A DNA stretch of 64,000 nucleotides from an uncultured Eubacteriales bacterium (lineage in GTDB: Bacteria; Acidobacteriota; Aminicenantia; Aminicenantales; Aminicenantaceae), in NCBI GenBank assembly GCA_964433135.1, contig CAYSQW010000010.1, positions 15,758 to 79,757 of the forward strand. The letters are read 5' to 3'. Within the stretch, counting starts at the first letter, position 1, and the number at the start of each line of letters is the position of its first letter. The notes beneath the pieces are model-generated. The model worked only from the letters and a program-made list of their open reading frames with translations. It was not told the origin of the DNA and ran no database searches. The position numbers and the translations under genes were made by a program. Positions 18,329 to 27,251 of the stretch are shown here, piece by piece.

Positions 18329-20215
18329 TCACGATTTTATCAAGGTTGTCGATCGTTTTCGATCTTTATTTTCAACGACGATTTTACCATCGGGTATATG
18401 AAAAGTCAATTTGTCCCCCTCTGTCCGCCCCCTGGTTTTATCGAGTAGAACCGGGTTTCCGGTAAGGGAAATAGCCTCCTTCAGGAGATCGTAATCCGCC
18501 GTTTCACCCCGACCCTCATGAGAGCCTTGGCTGACGACAACCTGTTCATGTCCTATGATCCGGAGCAGTTCGCCCTGATCGACATCAAGGGATACCTGCA
18601 GTAAAGCCGAGCGGAGCACCACATCCTGCATCATAAGCTGGCAGTTCCCTTCATAATCGAGACGGTTCTTATCGGGATCGAACTGCATTTGACCCGCTCG
18701 AATCTCGAGGGTCGTTTCTTTTTCACCACTCTCGGGATGATAGGGCCAGCTTGTTTTGATCTTTTCTCGACCGACGATCCGCCCCGAATCCTGGAAAAGC
18801 GACAACTCCTGCGCCCACAGCATTTTCATTCCCTGCCAGGCTTTGACTTTCTCCTTAAAAATAAAACGCTGACGTTCCTCGATAAATCTCATTTCCTGGG
18901 CATGGATCAAAACCGGCGATTCCGCTGAAAAGAGACCCAGATAAGTCCCCTGCTTTTTTCCGGCTTCCAGTATAACGTCGATGCCTCCGGTGCCTTCCAG
19001 ATTGCTGTTGGTCAAATGAATCGTCAAGACGGAAGCTGAAATCTCGGATTTCGGGGTGCGGATACGGGCTTTGCGCTCTTTGTCTCCCTGAACCTTCAGG
19101 ATATTCCGATTCCCGCCGATGACCAGGGTTTTCCCCTCGATCCGGTTGAAATCTTCATCCGCCGATTGTTTCCTGATGCCGGCGCGCTCCACTGCGGCGA
19201 ATTCAACCAACCTCCCTTTTTTATCCAAAGTGAAATCAAGGCTTTCAGCTTCGATCAGGGTATACGCTCCGTCATGACTTGCGAATCGAAAACGGCAGTC
19301 CCCGGAAGCCTTGATCAGACGCGCCAGCGCCAGATCCTTGAAACCGGTAATCGAAAGTTCTTCCGCCCGCACTTCCCTCCGGGAGCCATAGAGAACAAAC
19401 ACGCCGTCTTCTTTTCCCGTCAGGGCGGCCGAACCATCGGCCTCTTCGTCGAGGAGAAGGGCTTCAACCCCCCCGATCAGGCGCAGGCTTCGGATATGAT
19501 CCCCACTGGCGACCAGGTCGAATCTCAACGCATCGCAGACAGCACGGCTTTCTCCCCGACGAAGCTTCACCGCTCCCTGAAAAAGGCCCTTCCTCCCTCT
19601 CCGGGTATATTCAAAGTGCTTCGATTCCACATGGAGAGGCTCCGCGGTTCCGAACACGTTCTGAAACGCGACTCTGACGTCTTTCCGCAGGATGATCTTC
19701 TTTTCAGGCAGCAGATAGGTGATTCCCAAGGCTGAGCCGACAATCCGATCCGATATGAAATCGACCGGTTCCCGGCTTCGGAAAAACTGCCGTCCGGCGT
19801 CATAATCCATGGAAGCGGCTTTAATGGTCAAGTCTTTGATCCGGATGCGCGCTTCGCCTTTCAGAGAGAAATGACTCCATTCTTTGTCATAAACGATTTC
19901 ATCTCCGAAAAGATAGACATCTTCTCCTTGTCCCCTCCTGAAAAACACGACTTCGACATTTCCCTCGAGATGATAAAGGTCATCCTCTCCCATATAATTC
20001 TTTTCCGCCCGAATTTGGAGGTTTCCCTTTTCTCCCTCCGCCTCATAGTGTTCTATTTTCTCTTTGGAATCGATTTTCTGTTCGTCGATCGAGACGACCG
20101 CTTGGGGGAGCTTGGGATCTCGATGGGAATTCCGCATGAAATCAGCCGAAATCAGGACAAGCACTCCTCCCAGAAAAACAAGGCTGATCGCTTTGATGAT
20201 CTTTGTCCAGTGCAT
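18329..20215 (-). CDS. Membrane-anchored multi-module LptC/LptA (OstA-like) protein
   Basis: 628 aa. N-terminal TM anchor, then several OstA-type beta-jellyroll-like segments. It ends in a typical LptA C-terminal module (ADYDLLKEAISLTGNPVLLDKTRGRTEGDKLTFHIPDGKIVVEN). It occupies the lptC-lptA slot upstream of lptB. Confidence 0.75.
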   Translation of the reverse strand: MHWTKIIKAISLVFLGGVLVLISADFMRNSHRDPKLPQAVVSIDEQKIDSKEKIEHYEAEGEKGNLQIRAEKNYMGEDDLYHLEGNVEVVFFRRGQGEDVYLFGDEIVYDKEWSHFSLKGEARIRIKDLTIKAASMDYDAGRQFFRSREPVDFISDRIVGSALGITYLLPEKKIILRKDVRVAFQNVFGTAEPLHVESKHFEYTRRGRKGLFQGAVKLRRGESRAVCDALRFDLVASGDHIRSLRLIGGVEALLLDEEADGSAALTGKEDGVFVLYGSRREVRAEELSITGFKDLALARLIKASGDCRFRFASHDGAYTLIEAESLDFTLDKKGRLVEFAAVERAGIRKQSADEDFNRIEGKTLVIGGNRNILKVQGDKERKARIRTPKSEISASVLTIHLTNSNLEGTGGIDVILEAGKKQGTYLGLFSAESPVLIHAQEMRFIEERQRFIFKEKVKAWQGMKMLWAQELSLFQDSGRIVGREKIKTSWPYHPESGEKETTLEIRAGQMQFDPDKNRLDYEGNCQLMMQDVVLRSALLQVSLDVDQGELLRIIGHEQVVVSQGSHEGRGETADYDLLKEAISLTGNPVLLDKTRGRTEGDKLTFHIPDGKIVVENKDRKRSTTLIKS

Positions 20216-20464
20216 CGCTTTTTCACACCTTCACGAATACCGCGTCCCGTTTCATTCTCAGGTCTATTATACATCCAAACCGGAATTAAATCCCCTTCCG
20301 CTTCTCTTGCATCTCTACGCACCGTCTTCCGGGAGAGATCATACAGATCCCATACCGGAGGAATTCAAACCAAGAAAGCTTTCAAAGGGGATTGAACGGA
20401 GCCGGAGCGAGCCTCTGTCTCGTGTTGCTCACAGCTGAAAGAACCGTTTCATTCCCAAGAAACG

Positions 20465-22153
20465 TCAGCGGATATCCTCCAGGATCAGATTCACCTGATC
20501 CTGCCCTTGAAAATGGGATGTTTGAACGGAATAGATCAGGTCGATCCGATCTCCCTTCCCCACACGATCCGCCCATTCGCCTTGTCCCCAACCCAAAGCA
20601 TCAAAGACTCTCTCGTTCTGTCTGAGAAGGAATTTACAGTGTTTTTGTTTCAGTTTTCGGGGAGGGGCAATGACTTCCGCTCCCCGCGAGAGAAAGAGAG
20701 GACGGGAATTCCCCATCCCGAAAGGAGAAAGCAACTCCAGCTTTTCAAGAAAGCCCGAATCGATCCGGTTGAAATAGATCTCGGCGTCGACATGAATTTT
20801 TCGCTTCAAATCTTCATCGCTGAGATGGGAATCGGCATAGGCGTTCACATTTTGTTTGAAGAGAGCCAAATCGTCACAGGAGAGCTCGCAGCCGACGGCC
20901 TGGATGTGACCGCCAAAATTCGCGAGGTGATCCCGGCTGTTTTTAAGACACTCGATAAGAGAAAATCCCCGTATACTCCGGCCGGAGCCGAAAGCGCTGC
21001 CGTTTTTATACGCAAACAGCAGGATCGGACGGTGGAAACGTTCCTTCAGTTTGGAAGCCACGATTCCGATCACTCCCCGGTGCCACTGCTCACATCCAAG
21101 GATCAGGATTCTGTAGCGGCGGTGAAGTTCCCGCTCTTCAATTCGGCGTATGGCCTGTTTGAGAATTTTTTCTTCCACTTTCTGACGATCGGTGTTAAGC
21201 CGGTTCAGGGTACCGGCCAAGGCGGCGCTCTCTTCCCGGGCACCGGTCAGGAAAAGACGAACAGCCAGGTCGGTCATCCCCATCCTTCCAGCCGCATTGA
21301 TGCGGGGGCCGATGCGAAAGCCGACATCGCCCACCGATACCCGAGAGCCGTCCAAACCGCATACGCCCATGAGACTGAGCAGCCCGGGATTGGAGACACG
21401 ACTCAGGGCTTTCAAGCCGTATTTCACGAACAAACGGTTTTCTCTGCGAAGAGAAACAACATCCGCGACCGTCCCTATAGATACCAGTTTCAAGTAATGC
21501 GGCACCTGCGCGGCCTTGCCGGCACCTTCCAGCAGTGCCTGTATCAATTTGAAAGCCACGCCGATCCCGGCCAGGTCTTTATCCGGATAGAGGGAGCTCT
21601 CGAGCTTGGGATTGAGAATCGACAGCGCCCGCGGCAGCTGTTCTCCGGGCTGGTGATGGTCGGTGATAATGACGTCGACGCCCCGGGTCCGAGCTTCCTG
21701 CGTAAAATCCACCGCTTTGATCCCGCAATCCACGCTGATGACCAGCGAACAGTCCTTCTCCCGCACGCGCTCTATATAATCCTTCTTGATACCGTAGCCT
21801 TCCGTCAACCGCTCGGGAATAAAATACTCCACATGACCGCCCAACGATTCGAGGGCTTTCGTCAGGATGACGACGGAAAGGATTCCATCCACATCATAAT
21901 CCCCGATAATGATGATCTTTTCTTCGTTTGCGATCGCAGCACGGATCCGACGGACGGCCGTCTCCATTCCCGGCATCAAAAACGGATCGATCAGGTCCTG
22001 AAGCGTTCCGAACAGAAAGCTTCGGGCGTCTTTTTCATCATGAATACCCCGGTTTACCAGAATTTGCGTGATCTCAATGGGAAGGTCCAGAGTTTTTGCC
22101 AGAAAACGGGACTCTTCGTTCGGTTCGGGAAGAATCCAAATCGTCTCGTTCAT
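20465..22153 (-). CDS. recJ: Single-stranded-DNA-specific exonuclease RecJ
   Basis: DHH motifs (IIIGDYDVDGILS, VISVDCG, IITDHHQP) and a DHHA1 region (GGH). Confidence 0.93.
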   Translation of the reverse strand: MNETIWILPEPNEESRFLAKTLDLPIEITQILVNRGIHDEKDARSFLFGTLQDLIDPFLMPGMETAVRRIRAAIANEEKIIIIGDYDVDGILSVVILTKALESLGGHVEYFIPERLTEGYGIKKDYIERVREKDCSLVISVDCGIKAVDFTQEARTRGVDVIITDHHQPGEQLPRALSILNPKLESSLYPDKDLAGIGVAFKLIQALLEGAGKAAQVPHYLKLVSIGTVADVVSLRRENRLFVKYGLKALSRVSNPGLLSLMGVCGLDGSRVSVGDVGFRIGPRINAAGRMGMTDLAVRLFLTGAREESAALAGTLNRLNTDRQKVEEKILKQAIRRIEERELHRRYRILILGCEQWHRGVIGIVASKLKERFHRPILLFAYKNGSAFGSGRSIRGFSLIECLKNSRDHLANFGGHIQAVGCELSCDDLALFKQNVNAYADSHLSDEDLKRKIHVDAEIYFNRIDSGFLEKLELLSPFGMGNSRPLFLSRGAEVIAPPRKLKQKHCKFLLRQNERVFDALGWGQGEWADRVGKGDRIDLIYSVQTSHFQGQDQVNLILEDIR

Positions 22154-22259
22154 AAGTTTTCCACCTTAGCACAAACGGGTGCGGACCTCAACCGGACGCA
22201 TGGTTTTAAACACGATATGAATTGACTTTGTCCGGGGTGAAAAATATAATGAATTCACT

Positions 22260-23153
22260 GTGCTTGCTCAACTTAAAGAAAAAATAGCCAAAACCCGCGA
22301 AGCCTTTCGATCGAAGTTCGAAGATCTCGTTCACAGCGACAAAAGTCGCGAAGAAATTCTTGACGAATTGGCCGAATCCATGATCCTGGCGGATATGGGA
22401 ATCCCGCTCACGGAACGCATCCTCGACGCCATACGCGCGGGCAGCAAAAAAACCGATCCGTTTCCCGTTATAAAAAGCCTATTGGAAAAAGAGATAACCC
22501 GCATACTTTCTGCTTTCCCAACCCGGATGAATCTGGAGCAACCGCTCTCCGTTCTCATGGTGACGGGTGTCAACGGCGGTGGGAAAACAACCTCTCTGGC
22601 AAAAATCGCTTCCGTTTACAAGCAGAAGGAAAAGAAGATTCTTATGGTGGCGGCGGATACTTTCCGCGCCGCGGCTCAGGAACAGCTCTCTATATGGGGG
22701 GAAAAGCTCGAGATCCCCGTGATAACAGGACAATACGGAGCGGATCCCGCCGCAGTCGTCTTCGATGCCATCCAATCATTCAAGGCGCACGATTTCGATC
22801 TGCTGTTGATCGACACGGCGGGCCGAATCCATACGAACATCAATCTCATGCATGAACTTGAAAAGATCAAACGCGTGATTTCCCGGGAAATTCCCGAAGC
22901 CCCGCACGAATGTCTCCTTGTACTGGATGCGAGCATCGGACAGAATGCCCTGATCCAAGCCAAACAGTTTCTAAAGTTTTCCGGATTGACCGGCATCGTA
23001 TTGACCAAACTGGACGGCACGGCAAAAGGAGGCAGCGTCATCAGCATCCTCGACGAATGCCGTCTGCCTATCAAGCTCATCGGCGTAGGGGAAGGAGAAC
23101 AGGATCTCATCCCCTTTTCCGCGGAAGAATTCACATCCGCCCTGCTTTCATGA
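22260..23153 (+). CDS. ftsY: Signal recognition particle receptor FtsY (short form, NG domain only)
   Basis: GTG start. GTPase motifs GVNGGGKTTS, DTAGR, TKLDGTAKGG. 297 aa. Confidence 0.92.
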   Translation: MLAQLKEKIAKTREAFRSKFEDLVHSDKSREEILDELAESMILADMGIPLTERILDAIRAGSKKTDPFPVIKSLLEKEITRILSAFPTRMNLEQPLSVLMVTGVNGGGKTTSLAKIASVYKQKEKKILMVAADTFRAAAQEQLSIWGEKLEIPVITGQYGADPAAVVFDAIQSFKAHDFDLLLIDTAGRIHTNINLMHELEKIKRVISREIPEAPHECLLVLDASIGQNALIQAKQFLKFSGLTGIVLTKLDGTAKGGSVISILDECRLPIKLIGVGEGEQDLIPFSAEEFTSALLS

Positions 23154-24250
23154 TTGATATCAAAGACACCGCTTACATGAAGATGGCCTACGCTCTGGCT
23201 GAAAAAGCCCGTGGTTGGACCAGCCCCAATCCCTGCGTGGGAGCCGTGCTTGCGAAAGCCGGCAAGGTCATCGCGGTCGGTTATCATTCCAGGCGGGGAC
23301 AACCTCACGCCGAAGCGCTGGCGCTGCAACAGGCGGGGGAAAAGGCCAGGGGCGCCACCCTCTATGTCACGCTCGAACCCTGCATCCACTGGGGATACAC
23401 ACCCCCCTGCGTTCAATGCATTCTGGAATCGGGCGTGAAACGCGTGGTGGTCTCCGCTTTGGATCCCAACCCCCGAATCCATAAAAAAGGCATCGCCCGC
23501 CTGCGCCGGGAAGGCCTCGATGTCGAGGTGGGTCCGCTGTCTGAAATGAACGAATCTCTCAATGAGGTTTATCGTAAATACATCACGCGGCACATTCCTT
23601 TTGTCGTCATCAAAGCGGCGCTCAGTTGGGATGGAAAAACCGCAACCCGCACTCTCTCTTCCCAATGGATATCCTCGGAACCGACACGGCGTTATGTTCA
23701 TCTTCTCAGGGGGGAATGCGATGCCATCCTGGCGGGGATCGAAACCATTCTCAGAGACGATCCGCGCCTGACGGTCCGCCATCCCTGCTGGAAGGGCAAA
23801 TCGATCACCCGCGTCATCATGGATTCCAAGTTAAGATTTCCACTCGACGCCCGTATGCTGAAAACCCGTACCCAAGGGAAACTGCTGATTTTTACGGGTC
23901 CTGGAGCCCCCCAAGACAAGGCCCGCCGTCTTCAGGATATGGGTGCTTCCGTCATAGAGTGCTCCCGTTCCGAATCCGGCATCAATCCCAATGAAGTTCT
24001 TCTCCATCTGGGAAAACAGGAAATTTCAAGCCTTTTCATTGAAGGCGGCGGTACACTTCAATCCGCATTTTTGGAAAACGGACTGGCCGATAAAATTTTC
24101 CTGACATTTTCCCCCAAGCTCGTGGGAGGAAAAGAAGCCCCCGTTTTTTTTACCGGAGAAGGAGTGGATCAGATCCGCGATGCGATGCGCATCAAGCGCA
24201 TTCGGTTCTTTAAGATCGCGGACGACATCATGGCGGAGGGATATCTCTGA
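23150..24250 (+). CDS. ribD: Bifunctional riboflavin biosynthesis deaminase/reductase RibD
   Basis: Deaminase zinc motifs HAE and PCxxC (TLEPCIHWGYTPPCVQCI), then a reductase domain. ATG 23150 overlaps the ftsY TGA (ATGA). The track ORF starting at 22910 is an in-frame upstream extension. Confidence 0.9.
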   Translation: MIDIKDTAYMKMAYALAEKARGWTSPNPCVGAVLAKAGKVIAVGYHSRRGQPHAEALALQQAGEKARGATLYVTLEPCIHWGYTPPCVQCILESGVKRVVVSALDPNPRIHKKGIARLRREGLDVEVGPLSEMNESLNEVYRKYITRHIPFVVIKAALSWDGKTATRTLSSQWISSEPTRRYVHLLRGECDAILAGIETILRDDPRLTVRHPCWKGKSITRVIMDSKLRFPLDARMLKTRTQGKLLIFTGPGAPQDKARRLQDMGASVIECSRSESGINPNEVLLHLGKQEISSLFIEGGGTLQSAFLENGLADKIFLTFSPKLVGGKEAPVFFTGEGVDQIRDAMRIKRIRFFKIADDIMAEGYL

Positions 24251-24840
24251 TGTTTACAGGAATCATAAGCCACATGGGAAAATTCAGGGGCTATCGGCGG
24301 GGAAAACAGGAGCTGGCCCTTTCCTCCTCAAAACCCATTCCCCAGATCGGACTTGGAGACAGCCTGGCCGTCAACGGCGTCTGTCTCAGCCTGATCAGAA
24401 AAGAACGGGACCTGCTGGTGTTCAACCTCTCCCAAGAAACCATCAAGCGATCTACGCTCGGCGAGCTCCGTTCCGGCGACATGTTGAATCTCGAGATTCC
24501 CCTCACGCTCAACTCGCTTCTCAACGGTCACCTTGTGTCCGGGCATATCGACGAGACCGGACGGATCATCCGCATTCAAGAAAAGTCCGGCGGGTGCGGG
24601 ATGGAAATCCGGATGTCTCCAAAGAACCGCGCCTTTCTCATCTCCAAGGGATCGGTAGCCTTGGACGGCATCAGCCTGACCGTCGCCGACGTAAGCCCCG
24701 CTTCTTTTGTCGTTGAAGTGATCCCTATCACGCTGCGGGAAACCAACCTGAGCTCACGAAGACGCGGAGACAGCGTCAACCTCGAATATGACATTTTCGG
24801 CAAATACGTGTATAATTGGACGCGTCGAAACGAATCATAG
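24250..24840 (+). CDS. ribE: Riboflavin synthase (alpha chain)
   Basis: MFTGIISHMGKF N-terminus and a duplicated lumazine-binding barrel (GDSLAVNGVCLS / GSVALDGISLTV). Confidence 0.92.
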   Translation: MFTGIISHMGKFRGYRRGKQELALSSSKPIPQIGLGDSLAVNGVCLSLIRKERDLLVFNLSQETIKRSTLGELRSGDMLNLEIPLTLNSLLNGHLVSGHIDETGRIIRIQEKSGGCGMEIRMSPKNRAFLISKGSVALDGISLTVADVSPASFVVEVIPITLRETNLSSRRRGDSVNLEYDIFGKYVYNWTRRNES

Positions 24841-24861
24841 GTCAGGAGGAAAGTTCACCCC

Positions 24862-26076
24862 ATGCCGAAAACAGCGATTGCACCCGTTGAAGAAGCCATC
24901 CAAGCCGTTCGCTCGGGTAAAGTCATCATTATCGTCGATGATGAAGATCGGGAGAACGAAGGCGATCTCATGGTCGCGGCGGAAAAAGTCACGCCGGATA
25001 TCATTAATTTCATGGCTAAGGAAGGCCGAGGTCTTATCTGCCTGTCCTTGACCGAAGCCCGGCTCAAGGAACTCGACCTCCCCCTGATGGTTCAGGACAA
25101 TACGGCTCCATTCGAGACAGCCTTCACCGTCTCCATCGATGCTAAAGAAGGCGTCACGACCGGAATCTCCGCGTATGACCGGGCTCAAACCATCCGCGTC
25201 GCGCTCGAGCCGAACTGCAAACCCGCCGATCTCACGCGCCCCGGTCACATCTTTCCCCTGAAAGCCAAAAACGGCGGAGTTCTCGAAAGGACCGGCCAGA
25301 CAGAGGCCTCCGTAGATATCGCCCGCCTGGCGGGACTCAAGCCGGCCGGCGTCATCTGCGAAGTTATGAACGAGGACGGAACCATGGCGCGGATGCCTCA
25401 ACTGGAGGAATTCAGTAAAACTTACGACCTCCCCATTCTTACCGTAGCCGATCTGATCAAATATCGCATGAACCACGAAACGCTCGTCACGCGGGTCGAA
25501 GAGGCCGATCTGCCCACCGAGTTCGGACATTTTCGCATATCCGTGTTCGAAGATTCGATCCGCAAGGAACAGTATGTCGCCCTGGTCAAGGGAGAGATCA
25601 CCGCCGAGGAACCGGTTCTCGTCCGCACCCATTCCCAATGCCTGACTGGGGACACCTTCGCCTCCTCCCGCTGCGACTGCGGCGCTCAGCTTCACGAATC
25701 CATGAAGATGATCGAAAAGGATGGAAAGGGAATCATCCTCTATATCCTCAACCAGGAAGGCAGAGGCATCGGTCTCGCCAACAAGATCAAAGCCTATGCC
25801 ATTCAGGAACATGGAGTCGATACCGTGGAAGCCAACCGCAAGCTTGGATTCAAACCCGATCACCGCGACTACGGAGTCGGCGCTCAGGTTCTGGTTGCCC
25901 TGGGGGCGAGAAAACTTCGTCTCATCACCAACAATCCGCGAAAATACATCGGCCTGGCGGGATACGGCCTTGAGATCGTCGAACGCGTTCCCATGGAGAT
26001 CGCTCCCAACCAATCGAATTTCGATTACCTCAAGGCTAAAAAAGAAAAGATGGGACATCTTCTGGAAATGGTCTGA
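24862..26076 (+). CDS. ribBA: Bifunctional 3,4-dihydroxy-2-butanone-4-phosphate synthase / GTP cyclohydrolase II
   Basis: DHBP synthase motifs ([17 protein letters not shown]) and GCH-II zinc motif ([18 protein letters not shown]). 404 aa. Confidence 0.93.
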   Translation: MPKTAIAPVEEAIQAVRSGKVIIIVDDEDRENEGDLMVAAEKVTPDIINFMAKEGRGLICLSLTEARLKELDLPLMVQDNTAPFETAFTVSIDAKEGVTTGISAYDRAQTIRVALEPNCKPADLTRPGHIFPLKAKNGGVLERTGQTEASVDIARLAGLKPAGVICEVMNEDGTMARMPQLEEFSKTYDLPILTVADLIKYRMNHETLVTRVEEADLPTEFGHFRISVFEDSIRKEQYVALVKGEITAEEPVLVRTHSQCLTGDTFASSRCDCGAQLHESMKMIEKDGKGIILYILNQEGRGIGLANKIKAYAIQEHGVDTVEANRKLGFKPDHRDYGVGAQVLVALGARKLRLITNNPRKYIGLAGYGLEIVERVPMEIAPNQSNFDYLKAKKEKMGHLLEMV

Positions 26077-26239
26077 ATCGCTTCCGGAATCCACTTCCTG
26101 ATCTCGGAGAGAGACGCCATTCCGGGATATCGCGCCGTCAGAAGATCCGGGAGAAATCTCGGTCGACATGCCGCGCATGAAAAAGACATTGTTTTCATCG
26201 GGGTCGTCGGTCACGGCATGCTTAAGGCCGGCAAAACAT

Positions 26240-26268
26240 TTGCACTTTCCGCTCAACTGCGATATATT
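26240..26268 (+). promoter_or_regulatory. Candidate sigma-70 promoter with very short leader for the HEAT-repeat gene
   Basis: TTGCAC 26240-26245, 17 nt spacer, TATATT 26263-26268. The ATG at 26282 lies 13 nt downstream with no SD. Confidence 0.3.
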
Positions 26269-26281
26269 CGTTCCTCACATC

Positions 26282-26806
26282 ATGGGAAATAAGTCGAAGA
26301 AGCTTACCCCCCGCCAACTCGAGCAACAACGTCTTTGCGCCGAAACCCTCCAAAGGATTCAAACCGCTAAGAACAAGGAAGAACGTTTTTTGCTTCTGCA
26401 GAAGATCGCCGGCGATCCGGGCGATTGGACGACTGAAGCTCTCTTCCGATGTCTGGAAGATCCTTGCGAAAAGATACGGGATTATCTCATCAATACATTG
26501 AGCCGAAGAGACAATCTGAATCCGGATCACATTCAAGCCAAACTGCAATCATCCCCCTGGTTCGTCAAGAGCGCCATCCTCAGGATATTCGGGCTCCAAA
26601 AAGATCCCAAATGGACCGCCGCCATTGAAACGCTCCTTCACGAACCCAACGCGGACGTACGACGCACCGCGGCTCAGTCTCTGGGTGATATAGGAGGGAA
26701 AGAGGCGTTGAAGCTCCTGTTGGAGCTGGCCAAGGACAGCAACCGTTTCGTTCAGTTATCGGCGGAAAAAGCTCTGCATAAGATCAGCGACCTAAAATTC
26801 AGCTGA
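26282..26806 (+). CDS. HEAT-repeat protein
   Basis: Repeats of the PBS-lyase/HEAT type (EPNADVRRTAAQSLGDIGGKEALKLLLELAKDSNRFVQLSAEKAL). The start is ambiguous: ATG 26282 is preferred, and the track ORF opens at 26168. Confidence 0.7.
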   Translation: MGNKSKKLTPRQLEQQRLCAETLQRIQTAKNKEERFLLLQKIAGDPGDWTTEALFRCLEDPCEKIRDYLINTLSRRDNLNPDHIQAKLQSSPWFVKSAILRIFGLQKDPKWTAAIETLLHEPNADVRRTAAQSLGDIGGKEALKLLLELAKDSNRFVQLSAEKALHKISDLKFS

Positions 26807-27251
26807 TCTCCTCACCCGCGGAAAAGACAAAAGTCACCGGTCCCTGATTGATCAAATGGATTTCCATTTCGGCTCCGAAAACACCGGTTTCGACTCGAAT
26901 CCCTCTATCCCGCAGAAGCGAGACAAAACGATTGAATAGGATTTCTGCCCGTCTTGGTTCTTCGGCATGATCGAAACTCGGGCGTCTTCCTTTTCTTACG
27001 GAACCGGCCAGCGTGAATTGGGATACGGCCAGGATGTCTCCCCGCACCTCCAGCAGCGCTCGGTTCATCTTCCCGTTATCATCGGGAAAAACACGCAGCC
27101 CCACAACTTTACGGACCAGACCGCGGACCTGATCTTCACCATCGCCTTTTTCAATACCCACCAGCAGGCAGTAGCCTTTACCGATTCGGCCGGCGCATTT
27201 ACCTCCGGCCTCGACCCAAGCGGATTTAACCCGCTGTAAAACGATTTTCAT
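26799..27251 (-). CDS. dtd: D-aminoacyl-tRNA deacylase
   Basis: MKIVLQRVKSA N-terminus, with SQFTL and GPVT motifs. 150 aa. Confidence 0.92.
   Translation of the reverse strand: MKIVLQRVKSAWVEAGGKCAGRIGKGYCLLVGIEKGDGEDQVRGLVRKVVGLRVFPDDNGKMNRALLEVRGDILAVSQFTLAGSVRKGRRPSFDHAEEPRRAEILFNRFVSLLRDRGIRVETGVFGAEMEIHLINQGPVTFVFSAGEEIS

Noticed and set aside
20355-20375. tRNA T-loop-like string (minus strand GGTTTGAATTCC)
   Set aside because: No flanking T-stem, acceptor stem or anticodon arm could be built around it. I judge it a chance resemblance.
20507-22225. 572-aa ORF on the plus strand
   Set aside because: It is antisense to recJ, which has clear DHH/DHHA1 motifs on the minus strand. There are no motifs in the plus-strand translation.
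22676-23782. 368-aa ORF on the minus strand
   Set aside because: It is antisense to the ftsY 3' end and ribD 5' end, both of which are well supported. It is a shadow ORF.
24835-26256. 473-aa ORF on the minus strand
   Set aside because: It lies exactly antisense to ribBA, whose product has unmistakable DHBP synthase and GTP cyclohydrolase II motifs. The antisense translation is low-complexity with no recognisable motifs. It is a shadow ORF.
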